NCBI GenBank assembly: GCA_951406725.2
Contig: OX597814.1
Location: forward strand, 29,326,001-29,390,000
Length of the DNA stretch: 64,000 nucleotides
Source of the DNA: Octopus vulgaris
Lineage: Eukaryota
Reading direction: 5' to 3'
A program made the position numbers and the translations under genes. Numbering within the stretch: position 1 is the stretch's first letter; every line of letters starts with the position of its first letter. The notes under the pieces were generated by a model that had not been told where the DNA came from, ran no database searches, and saw only the letters and a program-made list of their open reading frames with translations. Below are positions 1 through 13,092 of the stretch, one piece after another.

Positions 1-79
1 TCCTTCTTCCACTTTTCTTTATCTTGTTTTTTTTTTGTTAGACGCCGTCAAAAAAGCTATGGCTAAAAGCAATGAATGA

Positions 80-599
80 AATGGATGAAGTGGATGGTGG
101 TGGTGGTGGTGGTGGTGGTGGTGATACTGGTGCTGGTAATGGATGGTGTTGGTGCTGGTAACGGGGATAATGGTGCTGGTGTGGTTGTAGTGGTGGTTCG
201 GCGGCGGTGATAGTGGTGGTTTTAGTGGTTTTTAACTCCAAGGCAACCATAATCAAGCAGAAGTGTTGTTGCTGATGGTGTTGGTGCTGGTAATGGGGAT
301 CACATTTTCAAATGTATCCCTTTCAGACAAGGTTTGATTCGAGCGAAATAGCGTTGCTATTTCTAGCAATCACGGTGGTTCTAATGGTGCTGGAGTGTTG
401 TTGCTGATGGTGTTGACGCTAACAGCATACGTTTTATTGGATTAACATTATTATGTGCAATGCACACAATAAATCTATCAATAGACACCTAAATTATAGA
501 TTATAATTAAGAGCAGGAACACTTGCAAATTTAAACTAACGCTTATATCCCTGATTCATGTCCAGCGAATTATCATCAACCAACATAAAGATGATCATG

Positions 600-631
<32 letters not shown>

Positions 632-1070
632 GGTGGTGGTGGTGGTGGTGGTGGTGGTTGTGGTGGTAGTGGTGGTGGTTCTAATGGTGCTGGAGTGTTG
701 TTGCTGATGGTGTTGGTGCTGGTAATGGGGATAATGGTGCTGGTGTTGTTGTTGTTGTTGATGGTGGTGGTGGTGGTGGTGGTGGTGGTTGTGGTGGTAG
801 TGGTGGTGGTTCTAATGGTGCTGGAGTGTTGTTGCTGATGGTGTTGGTGCTGGTAATGGGGATAATAGTGCTGGTGTTGTTGTTGTTGTTGATGGTGGTG
901 GTGGTTGTGGTGGTAGTTGTGGTGGTTCTAATTGTGCTGGAGTGTTGTTGCTGATGGTATTGGTGCTGGTAATGGGGATAATGGTGCTGGTGTTGTTGTT
1001 GTTGTTGATGGTGGTGCTGCTGGTGGTGGTGGTAGTGATGGTGGCACTATTGGAGGTGGTGGCTGTGGTG

Positions 1071-1165
<95 letters not shown>

Positions 1166-1250
1166 GGTGGTGGTGGTGGTGGTGGTGGTGGTGGTGGTGG
1201 TGGTGGTGGTGGTGGTTGTAGTTTAGGTTATGGTCATCGTCGTGGTTGTG
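80..1250. repeat. (GGT)n/(GTT)n/(AGT)n low-complexity region with a tandem ~115-130 bp unit
   Basis: Unit 'ggtggttctaatggtgctggagtgttgttgctgatggtgttgg...' recurs at ~674, ~805 and ~921 (partial at ~374); pure (AGT)n and (GGT)n tracts at 1080-1215. Confidence 0.9.
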
Positions 1251-1765
1251 GCTTAGCCCCCTTGCCTTCTCCTTCAAAATAGATCAATGATCGACCAAAG
1301 ATATCATAGCCCCGCCAGCTGCCGCATGATAATTCCAAACATTCTATCAATGACTGCATTACCCGATGTCTATTTTCTTTTCTGATGATGATACGGCAGT
1401 TATTTTTAGTAGTTCGAGAAACTGGATGAAGGCTCTTTTTTATAAGCAGAACAAAGAAAACCTCTAAATGATATCACGACCTCTTAAAAATAGCAAATCG
1501 AATCTCTCTTAAATTATATCTGTAATGTTATATACACTATGTCTGAAAACAACAGATGAAATGGTTACAACTGGAATCCATTGAATGATCGTTGGTCTGC
1601 TGGATCCGGGTTAAAATCGGGCCAAACAACTACTGCCACTACTACTACTACTACTACTAACATCACCACCACCACCTTCACCATCACCATCACAACATAA
1701 CACACTACAACCACCATCATTACCTCTACTGCTATTATTATTATTGCTATTATTATTACTACTAC

Positions 1766-1851
<86 letters not shown>
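1766..1851. repeat. (TAA)n/(TTA)n microsatellite, 3' flank of R4/Dong-like LINE
   Basis: Direct reading; (TAA)n switches to (TTA)n near 1796. Confidence 0.95.
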
Positions 1852-1852
<1 letters not shown>

Positions 1853-3386
1853 TAAGTTTGAATTTTGCTTTATGTTTGTACAAGTTGGCTCCAAGTCTCA
1901 CCCAGAGATCTCAAGAGACAACAGGTTGGAAGTTCACGTTGTTGTTATGCCTAGTGTGCCATACATTTGGGGGGTTTTTTTGGTGTTGTACTAGTGAATG
2001 TCTAATAAATAAATTTTTTTTTTAAATGTTTGTTTTAAACCTTGAGATTACATAGAGAGTATTTTGCTTAGGATATGAGCAGTTCCCATGAGCACTATCT
2101 TTTGAATTTCTGCCATTTTGGGGTTTCCTGGTATTTGAGTTAGGTAGCAATCAGCCCCTTACGCTATCATTCCCAGGGCACCTATGACAACAGGTATTGT
2201 ATTAGTCTTCAGGTTCCACATTTTGCTGATTTCTATTTCAAGATCTTTATATTTGCTCAGTTTTTGGTAGGTTTTGACAGATACGTTTATATCGATTGGG
2301 ACAGTCATATCAATGAGGAGGCATGTTCTTTGTCTGAAGTCTTTCAATATGATGTCTGGCGTGTTTGCGTCTATCTTTCTGTCAGTTTGAATGGTGAAGT
2401 TCCAGAGGAGTGAGATGTGGTCATTTTCAAGCACTGGAGGTGGATTGTGTTCCCACCAATTTTTTTTCATGGGGCAAATGCAGGTTTTTGCAAATTACCC
2501 AGTGAATATATTGTGCAGCTCTATCATGCCTGTTGAGGTATTCTGTAGGCGCTAGAAGACTGCACTTGGAGACAACATGATCAATGGTTTCATTTTGTTG
2601 TCGACATACACGACATGTTGGGCTACTGCCGTTCTTTAATATGTTGGCCTGGTAGTTTCTTGGTAGGCATTGATCTTGAGCTGCTATGATAAACCCTTCT
2701 GATTCAGATTTTAAGCAAGAGGCCATTAGCCATTGATGGGTCAGGGCTTTGTCAATATATGCATTATTCGCTCTCTTTGGGTATTTGCCATAGAGAGGTT
2801 TTTCTTGCTATTTATTATTCAGAATATCTAAGGCCGCAGTTTTGGCACGAGTTTTCATGCACTTAGCTTTTTCTGTGCTTGTTTCTTGTATGACTATCTC
2901 TAATTCTGAAATTTGTTGTATTCGGAATTCACTTAGATATTCCTTTGCCTGTTTTTTTACTGAGTATGATGCTTTCTTGTTTTCATGTTTTGAGACAAGT
3001 TTTAACATCCAGTCCTCAGACTTTTTCAGGTAGGTGTCTAGGCCAATTGTAGCAATCTTCATTGTTATTGCCAGTTGTAAAAGACCACAGCCTCCCTCTT
3101 TTCTTGGCAGATAAAGTCGTTCTGTATCTGCCTTAGGGTGGTGCATTCTATGCATTGTCAACAGTTTTCGTATTTTTCTGTCAAGCTGACATATTTCAGT
3201 AATTGACCAGTTAACGATATTGAAACTGTAAGTCACGACTGGTATGGCTAATGCATTGATCGCTTCGATCCTGTTTCTTGCATTCAGCTCTGTCTTGAGT
3301 ATTACTCTCACTCTTCGATAACATTCTCTCCTGATCCTTTCCTTCATCTCTGAATGCCTTATTCCGTCCCCTTCAATTACCCCTAG

Positions 3387-3388
<2 letters not shown>
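1852..3388 (-). mobile_element. 5'-truncated, pseudogenised R4/Dong-clade non-LTR retrotransposon (RT C-terminus, CCHC knuckle, restriction-like endonuclease, 3' UTR)
   Basis: Begins at RT 'YLGVIEG' motif. ORFs 2808-3347, 2427-2726 (CRVC...ETIDHVVSKC) and 2159-2470 (PDIILKD...LLIDMTVP...KLSKYKDL, a PD-(D/E)xK RLE). Premature stop at 2808 plus frameshifts. (TTA)n on both sides. Confidence 0.9.

Positions 3389-3450
<62 letters not shown>
3389..3450. repeat. (TTA)n microsatellite, 5' flank of R4/Dong-like LINE
   Basis: Direct reading. Confidence 0.95.
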
Positions 3451-3451
<1 letters not shown>

Positions 3452-3897
3452 CAACTACATGTCAAAATACTTTTTACTACATATTCAAACCTGTCCAATA
3501 ATGATTTCTTAAAATTGGCTCAAAGCCACAAATTTATTTTGGGACGAGAAAAATACTTTTGGTCAAATTCAGCTTTCCAAGTATTGGACTCGCACTTCTT
3601 TTACATCTCGTTTAAACCATATCCCAACTATTTTATACAAATAAAAGAGGCATTAGATAATGCTGGCCTTCATATCTTTAAAAAAACAAAACTAGACGGT
3701 CATGGTCAGAAGTTCGATGATCATAGGTCAGCTTGATTAGAATTGATCTATGCCTAAACATCTATAACAAAGATGAAATATCAAGATGATCATGATGGGA
3801 TGCTCTACCGGTTTTGTCGAGATGATACTTTCTAAGCTGTCCAAAAATGCCAAACTAACAATCATCGCAGCGAAAATTGAAAATAACTGTTCCAAGT

Positions 3898-4280
3898 TGT
3901 TGGCCTTGTGCCAAAAATTTAGAATTTAGTCAATTACATCGACTCCAGTACTTGACTGGTACTTTATTTTATCGACCCCGGAAGGATGAAAAGCAAAGTT
4001 GACCTTAACAGGTTTTAACCTCAAAAGGAAAAAGCTAGAAAAAGTACCGCTAAGCATTTTGCCCGACGCACTTACGACTCTGCTAGCTCGCCTCCTTTAG
4101 TTTCAAACTGTGGGACAAGGCCGGAAACTTTAACGAGCCCAGTGCTCAAATGGTACTTAATTTATCGGCACCGAAATGATGAAAGGCAAGGTCGACCTCG
4201 GAGGTATTTGAGTTTAGAATGTGAAGAGTCGGAATAAACATTACAAGGCAATTTTTCCCGACGCTCTAAGGATTCGACTA
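3898..4280 (-). mobile_element. Two degenerate family-A SINE copies
   Basis: Reverse complement matches the family-A core 'gtcgactttgcctttcatcctttcggggtcgataaa..aagtaccag'. Confidence 0.75.
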
Positions 4281-4632
4281 ACAGCTCCCCACCTTCAAAA
4301 TTACAAATAACATATAAAGAACGTATAAAAAAGATACACACAACATCTTCGGAAGGTTAGAGATACAGGTAGTAAGATCATATAAGGTTAGAAAGTCGAC
4401 AAAACGGATAAGGTGGCGTATTCTAGTAATAATAATAACAAATATGATTCGTAAGGAAATGCAAAATATCAAGAGCATACAATGTATAAAAACAGAACAA
4501 ACTGATTAAATAAGCTTAGCAGAAAAATTATTGCACATGCAAACATAATGCACAACAAACACTTACACACTTTACACACACATATTTCAGTCACTAAATA
4601 TGCGCTGAGTGAGGGTGCTATATATATACATC

Positions 4633-4685
<53 letters not shown>

Positions 4686-4769
4686 GGATTATTATGAAGT
4701 CGCATAGCATTACCTTTAATTATTTTTATATATACAGCTTTACATAAACCTACACAACCCTACTATAAT

Positions 4770-5380
4770 ACCGGTGCAGTCTCTTCAGGGGCTTTACTTA
4801 ATATCTTTCGATTTAACTGTTTAAAGATTTTCGTTTACCTACTCTGCGTTGTATGATGTAGAGTTGTTCGTTAAACTTGATGCGAACAATCTTCAATTCA
4901 AGTTTTGATTGGATAATCACTTATAGTCCATTATTTCGAAGCATTTTGTTGTTTAAATGTTTATTATTCATTTATACGGGCTAAATGTGAATTTCCTCGT
5001 GTGCAAATATCTCAAAGCTTGTCTAGAATTTATTACATTACCCTTAGATGCAAAAATCTGGTAAAATTCTTCTAAACATAAGTCACATTTTTTAGTTCCA
5101 AGTCTCTATGGTTTTGCAATACAAATTAATTCCCAATTGATAGTATAGTCTTTGTTTCCGTCTTTAATAGACCAAATTAATTTGCTAAGACTTGTTTGGA
5201 CATTTTTTGTTTCTATCTCTAAATGAACTCAAACGATTTACCAGTCTTCTCATAAAAATTAATGTCTCACCAATGTAAAAGTATTCATTACCCTCAGATG
5301 TAACTTTACATCTATATATAACATTTTTAGTCTTACACTTATTGTTCACATAACAGGATTCCTGTTTAGAACAATTGCAA
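4770..5380 (-). mobile_element. Penelope-like element 3' fragment: GIY-YIG endonuclease remnant and downstream region
   Basis: Hand translation of the minus strand: CNCSKQESCYVNNKCKTKNVIYRCKVTSEGNEYFYIGET...SSFR / QTSLSKLIWSIKD...INWELI...KKCDLCLEE, with a frameshift and stop. An eroded HHR core (CTGAAGA...ACCGGTA) lies downstream at ~4770-4790. Confidence 0.8.
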
Positions 5381-5854
5381 AGAAAGAGCTGCTAACAGTT
5401 TCATGCTTTTATGATACTTGAACGGGCATATTTATAAAGTATGCTATGTATCTTTCAGGCCCTGTTTACGCATTATATATATTTTAAAAACAAGGGCACT
5501 GGACAGTAATAAGAAAAATCGTGGAAAAAACATGAAGAAGGTTGGTGCAAAAAATGGAACGAGAAAGAAAGAAACAAAATCAAGAAAACTAAGATCCTTG
5601 TCCTCCCTGATTGCAGAAAGCTCATTAAATACAACTGGTATAGAATAAAATAACAGATAATATGTCAAAGTTTGCGAGGCAGCAACTCAATCCGGAGCGG
5701 GTAATGTCCTCCAATTCGATAAAAGAAATTTATCCATGTTTCAACACCTGCTAAAATTTCAAGATCTGGAATTAAGCAGTGTGTTGGAATTGCTGAATCT
5801 TAGAAGAATATGAGCTCTTTCTGCCACGCATAATTTGCATTTCTTAGATTCTCT

Positions 5855-5995
5855 ATAATCTTTAAAAACCTGATTGCTAAAATTATCAATATGACATCAA
5901 ATCTACCATCTTCTAAACAAATAGTTGATAAGGTAGCCCCCTATTATAACAATTCCATAGCTAACAGTGGCTTCAAAGATAAAATATATTTCAAC
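5855..5995 (+). mobile_element. PLE reverse-transcriptase thumb remnant
   Basis: Translates (one frameshift) as IFKNLIAKIINMTSNLPSSKQIVDKVAP/YYNNSIANSGFKDKIYF, resembling the PLE 'LSS.K..F..AAPYYN.AL..SG' motif. Confidence 0.55.
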
Positions 5996-6666
5996 TCTAA
6001 GTAGAAATATGAATCGTAAATATAGACCAAAAACTTTGTGTATGTGTGTGTGTGAATATTAGTGTGTACATTGTGAACCCAGGGTGTAGGGATTGGTATA
6101 TACGGATGTATGTACGACTGAGTTATTGTAAAGTATGTGTATGCGCGTGTGTGAGTGTATATGCGTGCATATGTGTATATGCGCGCATGCGTGTGTTAAC
6201 TGCGTTCAGATGACTGAGATTTGGTGAGATTATATCATTGCTTTGAGTAATTGCGAAATGTTCGTTGTTAGTCTTCGTATGTGTAATAGATGTGTTATTT
6301 CGTCTGGAGCTTTCTATGATGTGTGTTGCTTCAGCCTTGTATGTATGGGTCTGTGAGGAATATGTATAGCTATATTTATTTTTAATAAACCTGTGTCTAT
6401 GACTGGATATATGAGAGGAAGAAAAAGTGCTACTTTGTGTGAGTGTGTATTTGGCTATATGTGTACTTAGGTGCATGAGAGTAGAGATGTGCATGTATAT
6501 GCTGTGTCATATGCAAGGGATGTAACAATATGAGAAAATTATGGAATGGCCGAATACGTGAACAGTGAATCTTAACAGAGAAAATAAGTTCGTGTTCGCG
6601 TTGGAGAGGACGAGTGTCTAGGGACTCACTCTGTAGGACTAGATATATAGATAGAGAGAGGGGGAG

Positions 6667-6667
<1 letters not shown>

Positions 6668-6743
<76 letters not shown>

Positions 6744-6748
6744 TGATA

Positions 6749-6805
<57 letters not shown>
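6668..6805. repeat. (GATA)n and (TA)n microsatellites
   Basis: Direct reading. Confidence 0.95.
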
Positions 6806-6809
<4 letters not shown>

Positions 6810-7729
6810 CTCGTGATTTATCTGTTCACTTACATTTTTATTCATTTATTTTCCCTTTTATTCTTTTTTCTCTGACTGATCTTATTTCTTGATCGGTTAA
6901 TTCGGATTTATGATTTATCATGTATTTAATTTTTCGTTCAACAACGGTATGCTAATGAAATGATAATAACATCTTCAACGAGGGATATATATTCCGTGAA
7001 ATAAGAGTTAATTCAGAAAATCAATTTGTACATAAACCTGATGAGTGGATATTTTTCAGCATCGCTTAAATAATATTGGTTCCATTTATCATTTCATGTA
7101 TTATATAATAATATTCCAGCAATAATCATATGATAAAGTGTCGATGAAACAATTGTAGAATCATACAATAAAACAAATTACTCGTTCCAGTCTTCTTGTT
7201 AATATATATATGTATGTATGTGTGTGTGTAATTACTTATATTTTGTAGGTTTGTGTTTCAGTAACTAAATATTCACTGAATGAAAGAAAAATATGATACT
7301 GGTTATAGAGGCAAAATAATATTTATAACCAATGGTGATTGATCACTTCAAATTTTCTGCGATCCTTGTTTCTAAAAGCATTGTTTGATGAAATGAAATT
7401 TTCGTGATATATTGTAGTCATTTGGGAGGGGAGAAGAGAAAGAAAATTTTACTATAGGATGGAAGGAATAAAGAAACGGTTGGGTGGGATGATGAGGGAT
7501 ATCTGTTGAGTAGGCTTGTAGCAAATGTTCTCTTGAATTGGTTGATGCAAACACTTAATAATAATGTTACTTCTTGCAAGTTTGAGCTTGTTAAAAAAAT
7601 GCGTGTTTTTTCATTAAATACACACCAATATAAGGAAATATATGGACACAGGTATGTTTGTTTTTTTACTTACAGGATCTGGAGGAAAAGGCAGTGCCTA
7701 CGTCTTTTGCAGGCTCTCCGAGGCCGTAA

Positions 7730-7794
<65 letters not shown>

Positions 7795-8152
7795 CTTCTT
7801 TCAGTTTCCGTCTACCGAATCCACTCTCACAAGGCTTTGATCTCCCCGTGACTATAGTAGAAGACACTTGCCCAAGATACCACATAGTGGGACTGAACCC
7901 GAAACCATGCGGTTGGGAAGCAAGCTTCTTATCACATGAACACGCCTGCGCATATGAATACTGAAAAATTTTGTCTTGTAGGTAAAGGAATGGCTGTGCA
8001 TAGACGTATGTTTGTGTGGTTAAGAAGCTCACTTTGTAATTTCAAGTTCAGTTCCATTGCAAAGCACCTTGAGCAAGTGCCTTCTGCAATAACCCTGGGC
8101 CGATCAATGCCATGTGAGTGGATGTGGTAGATGGAAACTCTGTGGAGATCCT

Positions 8153-8192
<40 letters not shown>

Positions 8193-8315
8193 CTGTGTGT
8201 GCGTATGTGTCTTTGTTTTTTGTTTGTCCTCCACACCGCTTGACAACTGGTGTTGCTTTGTTTACGTCTCCTTGATTCAGCTGTTCGGCAGAGGAGGCGG
8301 ATAGAATAAGTACCA
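7795..8315. mobile_element. Head-to-head pair of family-B (CORE-like) SINEs, 7795-7950 (-) and 7988-8315 (+)
   Basis: tRNA-like head 'tgtgtggttaagaagc...gttcagt(c/t)cca' and 'ccttg(g/a)gcaagtg(t/c)cttct' central motif; internal (GT)n. Confidence 0.75.
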
Positions 8316-8334
8316 AACTTATTCTATCAAAACT

Positions 8335-8772
8335 CCCTAACTCAATATTGAACTCGAGATCCGAAATTTTCATCGGTTGCAGACACAAGCAAAAATATAT
8401 TTTGAATAACTGAACAATCCCACCCATCCCAGATTGATTTGACATCTCCCCGGCATTATTATTTAAAGACTATGGATGTTAGACCGCTTACTACTATAGG
8501 TCCCCCCCCCCTTTATTTTAGTATTTTTTTAGGTTTATTTTTTAACCTTTATATTTTTTATCCTTTATAACTTATATAAATTTTTATATTCTCGACATTT
8601 CTTATATTTATACATTTTTACCTTGGATTTTATACATTATTTTTCATATACATTTTTACTCTTCATACACACTATTACATTTAATTTGCATATAATTTCG
8701 TACATTATATACATTTACATCAGGTTTCTGGGTTCGTTTTTCAGTTAGAAGTTAGGAATTTCTATATGCTGC

Positions 8773-8790
<18 letters not shown>
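8335..8790 (+). mobile_element. PLE C-terminal end and AT-rich 3' region
   Basis: 8340-8413 translates as NSILNSRSEIFIGCRHKQKYILNN*, like the 'LN.RSE....CRH' end of PLE GIY-YIG domains. Confidence 0.55.
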
Positions 8791-8819
<29 letters not shown>

Positions 8820-9345
8820 CAAAAAGTGGGTACGTTGCCGCCATGTATATATGTAAAAGTAAAAAAATATACAAACTGGGACAAGAACGTGAAACATTTA
8901 GAAGACGACACAAAAAATACGGACGGGACATTCGAAGCCCTCAATCATCAGTCAAGAACCGGATCATCTTCGCAATTTCGGCTGAAGAAGAAGAAGAAGA
9001 AGAAGAAGAAGAGGAAGGAGAATTTTTATAATTATGAACAAGTCACAATTATAACTAAGAGGGTTTCAAAACCCATACATGTTAAAGATGGTAGCCAAAA
9101 CATGCAAACATACAAACAAACCAACAAATTATAAACGTTCTTCTTCTATGTATTTTATGATAACATGTTTGGCCATTGATATATTCATAAATAATCTTAA
9201 TTATTTATAATACATCCTCCGTAAAGTTTTATTACATTACTTTCTAATTATATATGCGTGTGTGTGTACGTACGCATGCATGTATGTATGTATGTATGTA
9301 TGTATGTATGTACGTACGTACGTACTTATGTATGTGAAAAAAAAA

Positions 9346-9557
9346 AGAACTTAGGCGAGCTGCGCGAAAGCGCATGGCTCGTATAGTGAATGGGGAAAGC
9401 TTGGACTTCAATGTTTGCAGTCGTGTATGCTTGTCAAGAGCAGGGCTCATTAGCCACCAACGAAGCCGCAAATGCAAAATATAAGTTAGTCCTAGAGCGC
9501 ACAATGTTCCTGAAGGTCGGCAATGGTCTTCCTCGGTCACGAGTGGACGGCCATCAC
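9346..9557 (+). mobile_element. RTE-like LINE 3' end
   Basis: FNVCSRVCLSRAGLISHQRSRKCKI* (degenerate C2H2-like end typical of RTE ORFs), then a short 3' UTR. Confidence 0.6.
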
Positions 9558-9993
9558 ATATGTATGTATATGTATATCAAAGATCCTTCCGGAGCTGCAG
9601 GCTCATAAGGCTGGCTTCCCGGATTCTGTAGTGATTCTGTAATTCTTTCCGGATTCTGTAATTATAAAATCCAAGGATCTAAGCGTAGGAAGTTTGTAAA
9701 CTTCGAGCAGTTCGTGATAGGTATAAAAAAAAAACAACGTTCAAGAACAATAATAATTTATTAACGTCGAAGTTTGCCGGCTTTTCCTATATCGAAGTTC
9801 GATAATCTTCGGCGAGATAACCGGGGAGTCCCGAACGACAATATAATTAAAATATCTTCGGCCTGGTGAGTAGCGAACTGATTAGCACTCGTTGAGCAAT
9901 TATTACATCAAAGGATGATCTAGCTAGGAAACATATTAGCCTGGATTTTAGCTGCTCCACTCCTTCAATTTGGATGTGTGTGTATGTGTGTGG

Positions 9994-10057
<64 letters not shown>

Positions 10058-10062
10058 TCATC

Positions 10063-10659
10063 CACCACTGAACGGTCCGTTGCAGAATTTCTCATTTTTG
10101 CCAGCTGAGTGGACTGAAACAACGTGAGATGATATGTATTGCCCAAGAACACAACGCACCGCCCGGTACAGAAATCGAAACCACAATCTTACGAACAAGT
10201 GTGCAACACGCTAACCATTAAGCCACCTAGCTACATACACACACGCACGCACGCACACGCACACTCATACACGTATGTATTAATAAAACGTAGTGCTTTC
10301 GAGTCTAACTCACTGTGACCTCCTGGGAAAGCGACAAGCGTCTTCTACAATACTCTCTAAGTGATCAATAAGTTCCTTCTCGAGTCACGCCTGCCTCATA
10401 AGGGCCGGTTTCCCGGTTTCCTTGGCGTATAGGTTCCCCACCTGGACGGGACGCCGATCCGTCGCAGGTGAGCTGCAAGATGCAGGAGGAAAGAGTGAGA
10501 GAAAGTTGTGGCGAAAGAGTGAGCAGAAGTTCGCCATTAACTTCTGCCGGAGCCGCGTGGAGCTTAGGTGTTTTGCTCATAAACATACACATCGCCCGGT
10601 CTGAGATTCGAACCCCCGATCCCTCGACCGCGAGTTCGCTGCTCTAACCACTAGGCCAA
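10063..10659 (-). mobile_element. Two tRNA-derived SINE copies (10063-10230; family C 10370-10659)
   Basis: Minus-strand head 'tggcctagtggttagagcagcgaactcgcggtcgagggatcgggggttcgaatc' with A/B boxes; body shared with 27020-27313. Confidence 0.8.
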
Positions 10660-11024
10660 TAAGTGGAACTAACAAGTAAGAACTGTACAGAAGCCGGTTT
10701 TCCACGCGCATGTGCGCACGCACATATGTGTGTATGCGCGTGTGTGTCACAGTGCGCGTTTGTGTCACTGTGCGCGTGTATGGTAGATTCTGTGACTTCC
10801 GTTGTCACCAGCTAAAGCAAACATTGATGTGATGCTTATATTCCCAGTTGACAACATAACCGTTCGATCTTCGGTTTTGAAAACCAGCAGGTAAATGAAA
10901 AACAGGTGAGTGTTGATGATACCCAATGCAATCAGCCGTCAAATGCTAACATGAAAGAAAAACTGTTGTAAAATATAGACACACACGCACACACGTACTC
11001 ACACATGCACGCACACATATACAG

Positions 11025-11096
<72 letters not shown>

Positions 11097-11214
11097 ATAT
11101 ATATATATATAAAGTTAATCCAAATATGAAAACACAAAGAGAAAACACAACAACGCGAGGACATGGAACAAATATAGTATTATTGGACGCTCAGGAAGGA
11201 AAGGAAGAAGGAGG

Positions 11215-11249
11215 GTCTTACGTTTCGAGCGGAGCTCTTCGTCAGAAAC
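11215..11249 (-). ncRNA. Minimal type I hammerhead ribozyme motif
   Basis: GTTT CTGACGA A GAGC TCC GCTC GAAA CG TA AGAC; stem I GTTT/AGAC, stem III palindrome ACGT. Confidence 0.7.
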
Positions 11250-11429
11250 ATAGGAAAAGGAAAGATCCAGAGAAGGGAAGACGGAGGAAAACAAATCGCC
11301 AACGGTACACACGCGGTCACATTTTGAATGTATATATATATATATATATATTCAAAATGTGACCGCGTGTGTACCGTTGGCGATTTTTTCCCCTCTGTCT
11401 TCCCTTCTCTGGATCTTTCCTTTTCCTAT

Positions 11430-11464
11430 GTTTCTGACGAAGAGCTCCGTTCGAAACGTAAGAC
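11430..11464 (+). ncRNA. Minimal type I hammerhead ribozyme motif
   Basis: GTTT CTGACGA A GAGC TCC GTTC GAAA CG TA AGAC. Confidence 0.7.
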
Positions 11465-11937
11465 CCTCCTTCTTCCCTTCCTTCCTGAGCGTTCAATAAT
11501 ACTATATTTGTTCCATGTCCTCGCGTATATATATATATATATGAGAGGTATTGGTATCCAAAAGACCCGAGATGGCAGGTAAGTCTTTGTGAGTGCTACG
11601 AGAGGACCGTAGTTAGACTCTCGGTCCGATTATAATTCCCACCACAAGGTCCCTTTGAATGAACAGCGCGTGGAATTTGTGTCTCCACACTATCCACTCG
11701 TAATAACAAAATATGATCTCCTATTGGAATTTACATACCATGGACAAGAAGCATTTCTACCCATTCTACACAGCACTTTCCTTGGATAATGGAATTGTAA
11801 CTGTAACATCCCGCATGTAATTTCACTTTATTTTTATTCTTATTCTCTTATTTGCCTTTATACTTCCTATATCCATCCTTTTCCCAAATAACTCCTTATA
11901 TTGAACTCTATTTCCCTCTAGTTAATTCTTTCGTATC

Positions 11938-11985
11938 GTCTCTGATGAAGGGATATTACTATTATCCCAGAAACAGCTGTAAGAC
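11938..11985 (+). ncRNA. Type I hammerhead ribozyme motif
   Basis: GTCT CTGATGA A GGGATA-ttactat-TATCCC A GAAA CAGCTG TA AGAC; stems I and II perfect, stem III palindrome ACAGCTGT, GUA site. Confidence 0.85.
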
Positions 11986-12061
11986 TACCTTTCTCATTAT
12001 AAGCGTCCTATATATTCCATACAGCCTTGATTTTGTTATCTCATTTTATTTAATACACACA

Positions 12062-12181
<120 letters not shown>

Positions 12182-12449
12182 AATTTCCACATATACATAC
12201 ACAACCATACAGATATACATATGTACACACATGCACCACATATATGCATATGTTTTGCTAGTAAAGACTGGAAATTCTTTCACCAGGGAATAATGTATCT
12301 GCCCACAAGATAGCAGAAAATACTGGAACGAAACGGTAATTATATCATTGATAGAATAAATCGTTTTGTGCTTAAAAATTGCGTCTTACTTTCGCTTTAA
12401 AAAAAAACTGAACAGACTTTTGGGCCTAGCAAATATATATTGAGATAGC

Positions 12450-12543
<94 letters not shown>

Positions 12544-12874
12544 TACAAATAAACACATATATAAATATAACTATCTCTGCTATGAATATCAGTATGCAAA
12601 TGTATGTCAAATACTACATTAAAAACTGAATGTTTCTTTAAACCATTGAGGGATGCCTGCAGGAAGAAGTGAGTTCTGAATTTTGATTAATAAAATATCT
12701 TTGCAAATATTTATACACAACACAGTGTGTATTAGAAGCCTAATTTTTCTTATAACATTCGCTCAGAAGCTTAACAGATGTGAAGAAACTGTTAAATTCT
12801 TTTCCTACATCTGCTTAAAGTTTCACACTAAAAGTTTTTTTTTTAAATGTAATTTACTTTAAATTCCTTTTAGG

Positions 12875-13092
12875 TTACATGAATTTAAATGCAGAGCAAT
12901 CCCCAGTTGCATAAAGACATAGAATTAAATTAAATTAAAGCAGATGGACACATTAGTATAATTTTACCTAAAACCTCCTTACCTTCTTTGAGGTTTTAGG
13001 TTAAATTATACTAATGTGTCCATCTGCTTTAATTTAATTTAATTCTATGTCTTTATGCAGCTGAAGATTGCTCTGCATTTAAATTGATGTAA
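12875..13092. repeat. ~103-bp near-perfect inverted repeat with 12-nt loop
   Basis: 12875-12977 pairs with 12990-13092 with few mismatches. Confidence 0.95.

Larger units (their letters stand above)
11114..11526. mobile_element. Inverted pair of ~180-215 bp HHR-bearing short elements around (TA)n
   Basis: 11350-11526 is the reverse complement of ~11153-11330; each copy carries CTGACGA-A-GAGC-TCC-G(C/T)TC-GAAA-CG-TA. Confidence 0.85.

Noticed and set aside
7036-7160. CTGATGA...GAAACAATTGTA
   Set aside because: Core pieces and palindrome are present, but stem I and the base of stem II do not pair; at best a decayed HHR.
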